From Oscillospiraceae bacterium (GTDB lineage Bacteria; Bacillota; Clostridia; Oscillospirales; CAG-382), in assembly GCA_015064625.1 (NCBI GenBank), contig SVRW01000008.1:87-64086 (forward strand): a DNA stretch of 64,000 nt, given 5' to 3'. A model generated the notes under the pieces. The model was not told the origin of the DNA. It was given only the letters and a program-made list of their open reading frames with translations, and searched no databases. The translations under genes were made by a program, and so were the position numbers. Positions 30,916-38,093 of the stretch are shown here, piece by piece; the first letter of the stretch is position 1; the number at the start of each line of letters is the position of its first letter.

Positions 30916-32835
30916 TTGAAAAAAGAATTATTCAAATTTATATCCATTTTATCAATTTCCGCTTTATTACTATCCTCCTGCGGTGAAAACGAAACGTCCT
31001 CAACGTTTTCTGAAGATAAAGATAAATCTGATACCGTTTCAGAAAGCATCACAAACAGCGAATCAGATAAAGAAATTTCTGATTTTGAAAACAGCTCGGA
31101 AAACAGCTCTGATGATTTTGGAAGCACAGAAGAATTAAACTATGCCGTTTCGTACAAAAGCACGGACCTTACTACGGATTTTGACGAAAGCTCTGCAGTA
31201 AAAATAAAATGTGAAGGTGCGTCCGTCACAATAAATGGAGCAGGTGCAGAAGCGGAAGGCGGAATCATAACCGTAACAAACAGCGGTGTATATCTGCTCG
31301 AAGGTACTCTTAACGGAAGAATAATTGTAAGCTCGACAGACACAGACCCTGTAAGACTTATATTGAAAGGCCTTTCAGTTACCTGCAACACATCAGCACC
31401 TCTTTACGTTGCATCTGCTGACAAGGTTATTGTTACGTTGGAAGAAAATACAGTAAATACCTTTAAGGATTCTGATTCCTACGTATATGACGACGAAGCC
31501 AACGAAGAACCTTCAGCGGCTATATTCTCCAAGGATGACCTGACTTTCAACGGGAAAGGAACGCTCTTGGTAGAAGCCTCTTTCAAAAACGGTATTCAAT
31601 GCAAAGACAAGCTTAAAATATGCGAAGGCAAAATTGAAGTCACAGCAAAAAATGACGGAATAAAGGGAAAAGACTGTGTCGGAATATGTGGCGGAAATAT
31701 AACCGTTAACTCAGGCGCAGACGGTATCCAATCCTCAAATACAAGTATAGGTAACGTAGGCTTTGTAAGCATTGAAAACGGAACAGTGAATATAACTTCA
31801 TCCCTTGACGGAATACAAGGCGAAAATGGTGTTTGCATAAGCGGTGGTACAGTCACAATAAATTCTGGGAAAGGAGCTTCCTCCACAGAATCCAAAAAGG
31901 GCATCAAAGGAACGAAGGACGTAACCGTAACAGGCGGTATCATAAACGTAACTTCAACGGATGACTCCATACATTCTGACGGTGTTATAAACGTTGAAGG
32001 CGGAGATATCACCGCATCATCAGGTGATGACGGGTTCCACGCAGAATCTGAAATAAATATAAAAGGCGGAAACGTAAACATCACCCGCTCTTACGAAGGG
32101 CTTGAAGCATCAAAAATAAATATAAAGGGTGGAAACACAAGAGTCAAAGCATCGGATGATGGCGTTAATGCTTCGGACGGAACAGGCGGAAAAGGCGGTT
32201 TCGGCGGAATGGGCGGCGGTATGTCCGCAAATTCCAACTGTTCCTTTAACGTAAGCGGTGGATATATCTACGTAAACGCAAACGGTGACGGACTTGATTC
32301 CAACGGAAACATATCAATATCAAACGGAGTTGTAATCTGCGAAGGGCCGACTAACGGTGGCAACAGCTCCGTTGACCATAACGGAAGTATTTCTATTACA
32401 GGCGGTATGCTTCTTTCCATTGGAAGCAACGGCATGGCAGGGGAAATTCTCAGCTCAACTTCAGGCACAACACAGTGCGTTTTCGGCTCTTACATTAACG
32501 GAACTGCAGGCACAACGATTGCCATAAAGGATTCAACGGGCAAAATTCTCTGCGTTTTCAAAACCACAAAACAGTTCGGACATCTGGTTTTCTCATCTCC
32601 CGACCTTAAAACAGGCGAAACCTACCAAATATGGACAGGCGGAAAAGGAAACGGCGAAAGCACCGACGGGCTTTATACGGAAAATTTCTATGAAGGTGGC
32701 TCGTCTGTGGCAACCATAACACAATCAGCAACCGTTGAAGGCGGTGGAGGTGGAATGGGAGGCGGAATGGGAGGCGGAGGTTTCCCAGGTGGAATGCCTG
32801 GAGGAAATCGCCCTCAAAAGCCAAGCCGCTGGTAA
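30916..32835 (+). CDS. lipoprotein with Cthe_2159-like beta-helix carbohydrate-binding repeats
   Basis: TTG start after AAGGAG. Lipobox LLLSSC. Repeated GGxIT/VNxxSxDDGIxS-type turns (ITVNSGADGIQS, INVTSTDDSIHSDG, ITASSGDDGFHAE). Gly/Met-rich tail GGGGGMGGGMGGGGFPGGMPGG. Confidence 0.6.
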   Translation: MKKELFKFISILSISALLLSSCGENETSSTFSEDKDKSDTVSESITNSESDKEISDFENSSENSSDDFGSTEELNYAVSYKSTDLTTDFDESSAVKIKCEGASVTINGAGAEAEGGIITVTNSGVYLLEGTLNGRIIVSSTDTDPVRLILKGLSVTCNTSAPLYVASADKVIVTLEENTVNTFKDSDSYVYDDEANEEPSAAIFSKDDLTFNGKGTLLVEASFKNGIQCKDKLKICEGKIEVTAKNDGIKGKDCVGICGGNITVNSGADGIQSSNTSIGNVGFVSIENGTVNITSSLDGIQGENGVCISGGTVTINSGKGASSTESKKGIKGTKDVTVTGGIINVTSTDDSIHSDGVINVEGGDITASSGDDGFHAESEINIKGGNVNITRSYEGLEASKINIKGGNTRVKASDDGVNASDGTGGKGGFGGMGGGMSANSNCSFNVSGGYIYVNANGDGLDSNGNISISNGVVICEGPTNGGNSSVDHNGSISITGGMLLSIGSNGMAGEILSSTSGTTQCVFGSYINGTAGTTIAIKDSTGKILCVFKTTKQFGHLVFSSPDLKTGETYQIWTGGKGNGESTDGLYTENFYEGGSSVATITQSATVEGGGGGMGGGMGGGGFPGGMPGGNRPQKPSRW

Positions 32836-32874
32836 AGCAAACGCTGTGCGTTTGCAATGAGTGTGCCGTGGGCA

Positions 32875-32984
32875 GTGAAGCAGGAGCAAGGCTCCTGTGA
32901 AGCATTGACTATGGCAACGTGAAGTAGAATCAAAGCTCCTGTGAAGCATTACCTTCGCCTTCGTGAAATTTTTGGCTTCGCCAA
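32875..32984. repeat. five phased 22-nt units each starting GTGAAG/GTGAAA (2.5 copies of a 44-nt repeat)
   Basis: GTGAAR occurs at 32875, 32897, 32919, 32941 and 32963, exactly 22 nt apart. A 16-nt exact repeat, gctcctgtgaagcatt, occurs at 32891-32906 and 32935-32950. Confidence 0.85.
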
Positions 32985-32992
32985 AAGTTAAC

Positions 32993-33099
32993 ACGGTGCT
33001 CGAAAAGCAATTATATAAAATATTTTTCGAAACGCAGTGAGAAAAATTTCCTTCACTCCTGCCTCTTGCCTCTTGCCTCTATGCCTTAGCGTCAGCCTG
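32993..33099. repeat. interspersed repeat family, copy B (hairpin core + inverted heptamer arm)
   Basis: cggtgctcgaaaagcaattatataaaatatttttcgaaacgcagtgagaaaaatttccttcactcctgcctcttgcctcttgcctctatgccttagcgtcagcctg. The right end is the reverse complement of the left end of copy A. Confidence 0.75.
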
Positions 33100-33146
33100 T
33101 TTTGCTTAAATAAAACTATCCTAAATATAATCAAGGAGATTTAACA

Positions 33147-34043
33147 ATGAAAAAAGAATTCACAAACCCTATTATTTCCTTCGGTGCAGACCCTTGGATA
33201 ATTGAAAAGGACGGTTTTTACTATTACTGCCACACAAAAGATAACGGTGTTGCAGTCAGAAAATTCGGCTGGTTTTCCGAAGCAGAAACCGCAGAATCCG
33301 TAACAGTTTACACAGCTCCCGAAGGAACAATGTATTCCGCTGAATACTGGGCGCCCGAACTTCATTATCTCGACGGAAATTGGTACATATACGTTGCTGC
33401 TGATGATGGCGATAACTTCAACCACAGAATGTACGTACTCAAAGGTACCACGCAAAATCCCCTTGACCCCTTTGAAATGATTGGCAAAATTACAGATCCC
33501 ACGGATAAATGGGCAATAGACGGAACAGTTATGACCTACGAAGGTAAAAACTACTATATATGGTCAGGCTGGGAAGGGGATGAAAACGTATCACAGAACA
33601 TCTATATTGCTAAAATGAAAACCCCTTGTGAGCTTGAAGGCGAACGTGTACTTTTGTCCTCACCCACAGAAGAATGGGAAAAAAGAGGTTGCACAGGCGG
33701 TCTTCCTACCATAAACGAAGGTCCTGTAGCTCTTGTTGAAAGCGGACTTGTCGCAATAATCTATTCTGCAAGCGGAAGCTGGTGCGATGATTACTGTCTT
33801 GGACAGCTTACCTTCAAAGGTGGAGACATTATGGATAAAAACAACTGGGTAAAAGAATCCTCCCCCGTTCTTTCAAAGAAAGAAAAGGCATACGGCCCAG
33901 GACATTGTTCATTTACAAAAGATTCTGAAGGAAACCTCTATCTTGTTTACCATGCAAATGTGGTATCAGGCACAAGTTGGGACGGAAGAAGCGTTCACGT
34001 TACTAAATGTCACGTTGAAAACGGCTTACTCGTTGTTGACTAA
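33147..34043 (+). CDS. single-module GH43-type glycoside hydrolase, no signal peptide
   Basis: AAGGAG RBS. GADPWIIEKDGFYY, WAPELHYLDGNWYIY, HRMYVL, WAIDGTV, QNIYIAKM, INEGP, YSASGSWCDDYCLGQL and PGHCSF are the same motif set as the dockerin enzymes. Confidence 0.8.
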   Translation: MKKEFTNPIISFGADPWIIEKDGFYYYCHTKDNGVAVRKFGWFSEAETAESVTVYTAPEGTMYSAEYWAPELHYLDGNWYIYVAADDGDNFNHRMYVLKGTTQNPLDPFEMIGKITDPTDKWAIDGTVMTYEGKNYYIWSGWEGDENVSQNIYIAKMKTPCELEGERVLLSSPTEEWEKRGCTGGLPTINEGPVALVESGLVAIIYSASGSWCDDYCLGQLTFKGGDIMDKNNWVKESSPVLSKKEKAYGPGHCSFTKDSEGNLYLVYHANVVSGTSWDGRSVHVTKCHVENGLLVVD

Positions 34044-34062
34044 ATGATATAATTTAAAATGC

Positions 34063-34100
34063 AAAATGCTTTTCCAACGTTAAAGGGAAAGCATTTTTTT
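34063..34100 (+). terminator. rho-independent terminator of the GH43 gene
   Basis: aaaatgcttttcc (34063-34075) pairs with ggaaagcatttt (34086-34097), followed by a T-run to 34100. Confidence 0.7.
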
Positions 34101-34187
34101 CACTAAAAATTTTTAGGGATAGAATTTAACAAAGCCGAAAAATAAACAAAATTAAAATATTTGCTGTCCAAAGACATTAACATTATT

Positions 34188-34225
34188 AAAAAACGGTATT
34201 GAGCACAAAACTCAATACCGTTTTT
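34188..34225. terminator. bidirectional terminator (serves the LRR-dockerin gene)
   Basis: aacggtattgag (34192-34203) pairs with ctcaataccgtt (34211-34222), flanked by an A-run and a T-run. Lies 11 nt from the minus-strand stop at 34236. Confidence 0.7.
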
Positions 34226-34235
34226 CGTTTATTTC

Positions 34236-36104
34236 TTATGCGTATAAATCAAATTCACCAAGGAAGTATCTCTTAATCTGGAGCAAGTCCGTGGAGTCGA
34301 TAGCTCCACCACAGTCTGCATCAGCAGCAGTAATGAAAACTCCTTCGAGTTTAAGCAATCCAAGGAAATTATTCTTAACTCTGAGGAAGTCAGTAGTATC
34401 GATAACACCACTTCCGTCAACGTCACCACGAACGATTACCTCGTACGTATTTCCTTTACCGTCAGATACTTTGCAGCCTGTACCAACGTAAGCTTTTTCT
34501 CCTAAAGCATTTCCGTCTTTATCTGTAATTGTTGCTGTAATTCCAAATTCAGCAAGAGCTGCAATCAAATCTGCTGGGCTTGTTTTTGCAACAACGTTAG
34601 GCATTGTCTTGTTTTCTTCGTTCATGTAATAATCGCTGTCAGCATCTGGTTTTACAACAGGAGGAGCAACTTCCAATTCAACGAAATTAAATCCGTTATC
34701 TATTGCATAAACTTCTGCATCTGAGCCTTTAATTGCTGTTATTGTGAAGTCTTTAACTTTGTCTTCGCCGCAAAAACCAAATGCATTGTAACCAACTTTC
34801 GTTTCTGCACCGTAAATGGTTACGCCTTTAAGATAAGGACATCCGTCGAAAGCATAATCGCCAACGCTTGTAAGTTCTTCGTGAAGCGTAAGAGCTTCGA
34901 GAGATGAACAGCCGTAGAATGCCATAAAGCCAACAGTAAGTACGAATTCAGGAATAACAATTTCCTTGATTGATGAACAGCCATAGAATGCGTTATCGCC
35001 GATTGACGTTACGTATTCGGGAATAGTAATAGCTTTTATAGCTGAACAAAATTCGAATGCGCTATCACCAATTTCAGTTACAGAAGCAGGAATAGAAATA
35101 CTTTCAAGCGTTTCACATCCTGAAAAAGCTGTTGCACCAATACTGTTTGCACCTTCTTCGATAACAACTTTTTTTATTTCAAAAGTCTGCCAAGGAGAAG
35201 TTGTAAAATCATACATATCTCCGCTACCTGTTATGGTAACAACGCCATCAGTGTTAAGTTCCCATTCAAGAGAGTCGCCGCATATACCGAACTCGATTAT
35301 TCCGCCAACATCTGTTTTTTCAGCAAATGCAATACCATTATTAGTTGCATAATCTTCTACAAAAGATCCTTTTTCACTCACAAGAGTAAGAGCCGAACCA
35401 CAGCCTACGAAAGCAGTATCATCGATAAATTCCATGGTTCCGGGGATTTCTACATTTGCAATAGAATCACAGTTTGCAAACGCTTCTTCGCCAATAAACG
35501 TAACTGCATCGGGAATAGTTACATTTGTAAGGGAATCGCATTCGTAAAAAGTTTGGTATCCAATGAACATAATAAAGCTGCCCAAGGAAACATTTTTAAG
35601 AGCAGAACAATATCTGAACGCACCATCACCCAAGGATTCAACTGTGTTGGGAAGAATTATGGAACCAAGATTATAACAGTTCTCAAATGCATATTCACCA
35701 ACGGATCCGAGAGTGCCTTCAATAATAACTTCCTTAAGAGCTACACAGTTATTGAAAGCATAATCACCAATAAATGCAACATCTGCTCCAATAGTTGCTC
35801 TTTCAAGATAAATACAGCTTGCAAAAGAATATGTACCAATGTTGGTTACGCCGTCTTCAATAACAAGCTCTTTAACTTCGTAGTCAAGCCAAGGAGCTTC
35901 ACCATCATAAACGTCATACATATCGCCGCTACCTGAGATGGTAAGAACACCAGTTTTCTCATTTAAAACCCAAAGAAGGTCATCACCGCAGTTACCCCAT
36001 GCACCTACGATGTCAACGTTTACATCCTCAGCATATACGGCTGTCGAAAAAACAGCAAAAAGGAACGTTAATGCTAAAAGGACTGAAATTACTTTTCTAC
36101 TCAT
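34236..36104 (-). CDS. secreted BspA-type leucine-rich-repeat protein with C-terminal dockerin
   Basis: Signal peptide MSRKVISVLLALTFLFAVFSTAVYA. Two blocks of ~23-aa LRR_5-like repeats (IGDYAFxxCxxLxxVxIPxxV). C-terminal GDVDGSGVIDTTDFLRVK...AADADCGGAIDSTDLLQIKRYFLGEFDLYA. Confidence 0.75.
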   Translation of the reverse strand: MSRKVISVLLALTFLFAVFSTAVYAEDVNVDIVGAWGNCGDDLLWVLNEKTGVLTISGSGDMYDVYDGEAPWLDYEVKELVIEDGVTNIGTYSFASCIYLERATIGADVAFIGDYAFNNCVALKEVIIEGTLGSVGEYAFENCYNLGSIILPNTVESLGDGAFRYCSALKNVSLGSFIMFIGYQTFYECDSLTNVTIPDAVTFIGEEAFANCDSIANVEIPGTMEFIDDTAFVGCGSALTLVSEKGSFVEDYATNNGIAFAEKTDVGGIIEFGICGDSLEWELNTDGVVTITGSGDMYDFTTSPWQTFEIKKVVIEEGANSIGATAFSGCETLESISIPASVTEIGDSAFEFCSAIKAITIPEYVTSIGDNAFYGCSSIKEIVIPEFVLTVGFMAFYGCSSLEALTLHEELTSVGDYAFDGCPYLKGVTIYGAETKVGYNAFGFCGEDKVKDFTITAIKGSDAEVYAIDNGFNFVELEVAPPVVKPDADSDYYMNEENKTMPNVVAKTSPADLIAALAEFGITATITDKDGNALGEKAYVGTGCKVSDGKGNTYEVIVRGDVDGSGVIDTTDFLRVKNNFLGLLKLEGVFITAADADCGGAIDSTDLLQIKRYFLGEFDLYA

Positions 36105-36366
36105 TTTCAGAGTCTCCTTTTGTTTTTTTTGTTTTTTGTTTTTATTTCAAATCAAGCAAAAGAACTTTATAATTGAAGTACTAATGCATATTATATTTTA
36201 TACCATAAAATATAATAAAAGTCAACTCTTTTGCAAAGCTTTTTTATAAATTCCTGAAAGGAAATTTTATCAAGTATTCCTATCCTTTCTTGATTCTTGT
36301 TATTTGGACAATTTATTGTATTTTTTCTCAGATAAAGCTAAAAATTTCCTTGGTTTTGTACCACCA

Positions 36367-36400
36367 TTCGACATAATTCACACATGAAAATCGGTATAAT
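36367..36400 (+). promoter_or_regulatory. candidate Spo0A-box-containing promoter of spoIIA operon
   Basis: TTCGACA (36367-36373, reverse complement of the 0A-box consensus TGTCGAA), a 21-nt spacer, then TATAAT (36395-36400), 33 nt before the GTG start. Confidence 0.3.
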
Positions 36401-36432
36401 AAACATACAAAATCAAGAAAGGATGTGAAAAC

Positions 36433-36741
36433 GTGAATCTTACTTACAGCGAAACCAAAGACAGCTTAACAGTAAAGCTCTCTGGAGAGATAGACCATCA
36501 CGGAGCAAAATTCGCAAGGGAAGAAATTGATTCAGCTTTAAACAAAAAGATGCCTGACAAGTTTATTCTTGATATGTCGTCAATTACATTTTGTGATTCT
36601 TCAGGACTCGGACTTATTATGGGAAGATATAAAACCGTAAAAGAATACGGTGGTGAAATTTTTCTGAAAAGTCCTGCCCCAACAGTTGAAAAAATGGTTC
36701 GTCTATCAGGTCTTGACCGACTTGTAAGAATTATAGACTAA
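36433..36741 (+). CDS. spoIIAA: anti-sigma-F factor antagonist (STAS domain)
   Basis: GTG start after AAAGGA. LTVKLSGEIDHHGAKFAREEID...MSSITFCDSSGLGLIMGRYK carries the phosphorylatable DSSG motif. First gene of a IIAA-IIAB-sigF triad. Confidence 0.85.
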   Translation: MNLTYSETKDSLTVKLSGEIDHHGAKFAREEIDSALNKKMPDKFILDMSSITFCDSSGLGLIMGRYKTVKEYGGEIFLKSPAPTVEKMVRLSGLDRLVRIID

Positions 36742-36758
36742 AAAAGGAGAAGTTTAAA

Positions 36759-37241
36759 ATGTCGGAAAAAAGAAATACGGTTATAAAGAGCAGGAAAAAA
36801 CCACCTGCAGAGACGGTGAACAGCTTCAAATGTTCTTTTCCCGCAAAGTCTGTAAACGAAAGCTTTGCAAGAACAGCCGTTTCAGCATTCGTGTCCCAAC
36901 TCGATCCAACGGTTGCGGAGCTTGCAGACCTTAAAACTGCTGTTTCTGAAGCAGTTACAAATTCCATAGTTCACGGCTACAAGGATAGCCCTAATTCTCT
37001 GATATATCTTTCAGCTTTATACAGAGATGACGGTACGGTATGCATTGAGATAAAAGACAAAGGGTGTGGAATTCCCGATGTAAAAACCGCAATGGAGCCT
37101 GCTTATACCACATCTCCCGGTGATGAAAGGAGCGGAATGGGATTTACCGTTATGGCAGCCTTTTGCGACAGAATAAAGGTGTCTTCCGCAGAAGGAAAAG
37201 GAACGACGGTTATTTTGGAAAAGAGGTTCTCGTCTACATAA
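36759..37241 (+). CDS. spoIIAB: anti-sigma-F factor / serine protein kinase
   Basis: AAGGAG RBS. NESFARTAVSAFVSQLDPTVAELADLKTAVSEAVTNSIVHGY and GMGFTVM (HATPase_c). About 14 extra N-terminal residues relative to typical SpoIIAB. Confidence 0.85.
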   Translation: MSEKRNTVIKSRKKPPAETVNSFKCSFPAKSVNESFARTAVSAFVSQLDPTVAELADLKTAVSEAVTNSIVHGYKDSPNSLIYLSALYRDDGTVCIEIKDKGCGIPDVKTAMEPAYTTSPGDERSGMGFTVMAAFCDRIKVSSAEGKGTTVILEKRFSST

Positions 37242-37253
37242 GGAGTTGATAAA

Positions 37254-38042
37254 ATGCCTCTTCACGAAACGTCTGCCGAATTGCTGACGGCAGAAGAATA
37301 CGAATCGTCTCAACATATAGATTATTCCGCATATCAAGGTAAGGGTAGAGAAAATGGGTCAGAAATAATTAAAAAAGCTCAAGACGGAGATGAAAACGCC
37401 CTCTCACTCATAATAGAAACAAATTTAGGACTTGTTAAAGCTATTGCGGTAAGATTCAAAGACAGAGGAGCAGAGCTTGAAGATATTATTCAGATAGGAA
37501 CTATCGGAATGATAAAAGCTGTGAGAAATTTTGATTTTTCATTCAACACGAAATTCTCAACCTATGCCGTACCTCTCATAATGGGCGAAATAAAAAAATT
37601 TCTCCGCGATGACGGACTAATAAAGGTAAGCAGAGAAACGAAACGGAAAGCAGTTCTCGTTCTCAAAGAAAAAGAAAGGCTTTTTCTTGAAAGCGGAATC
37701 GAGCCAACAATAAAAAAGGTTGCAGAAGCAGTGGGAATCACACCCGAAGAAGCAGCAGAAGCGTTGGAAGCCGCAACAGATGCCATTTCTCTTTCCGATA
37801 CCGTTGGAGAAACACCCGTTGAAAACTTCGTAGGCGAAGATAACACCCCTGAAATAATAGAAAGATTAGCTCTCCGTCAAGCTATAGATTCTCTCGAAAA
37901 AGACGAGCGGGATCTTATTTATTACCGATATTACAAGGGATATTCCCAAAGTAAAACCGCACTCATTTTCGGAGTTACACAAGTTAAAATCTCACGAACA
38001 GAGAAAAAAATAATAGAAAAACTGAAAAAAGCATTGACATAA
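37254..38042 (+). CDS. sigF: RNA polymerase sporulation sigma factor F
   Basis: 262 aa. Region 2 LEDIIQIGTIGMIKAVRNFD...STYAVPLIMGEIKKFLRDD. Region 4 HTH SQSKTALIFGVTQVKISRTEKK. Operon position. Confidence 0.85.
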   Translation: MPLHETSAELLTAEEYESSQHIDYSAYQGKGRENGSEIIKKAQDGDENALSLIIETNLGLVKAIAVRFKDRGAELEDIIQIGTIGMIKAVRNFDFSFNTKFSTYAVPLIMGEIKKFLRDDGLIKVSRETKRKAVLVLKEKERLFLESGIEPTIKKVAEAVGITPEEAAEALEAATDAISLSDTVGETPVENFVGEDNTPEIIERLALRQAIDSLEKDERDLIYYRYYKGYSQSKTALIFGVTQVKISRTEKKIIEKLKKALT

Positions 38043-38051
38043 GCCAAAGTG

Positions 38052-38084
38052 AAAGCCCAAGCGATTTAGTTGCTTGGGCTTTTA
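38052..38084. terminator. terminator shared by sigF (+) and the convergent surface-protein gene (-)
   Basis: aaagcccaagc (38052-38062) pairs with gcttgggcttt (38072-38082), followed by a T-run. Confidence 0.7.
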
Positions 38085-38093
38085 CCTTGTTTC

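Noticed and set aside
32606-32994. Two minus-strand ORFs (99 and 89 aa, His/Cys/Leu-rich) across the 3' end of the lipoprotein gene and the 22-nt repeat region
   Set aside because: They have no RBS, they overlap a supported CDS, and their composition simply mirrors the repeats. I treat this region as non-coding.
33102-33131. TTGCTT-18 nt-TATAAT promoter-like motif just upstream of the cytoplasmic GH43 gene
   Set aside because: The predicted TSS (~33138) would fall on or after the AAGGAG RBS (33133-33138), leaving no Shine-Dalgarno sequence in the mRNA. The motif is likely a chance match in AT-rich DNA.
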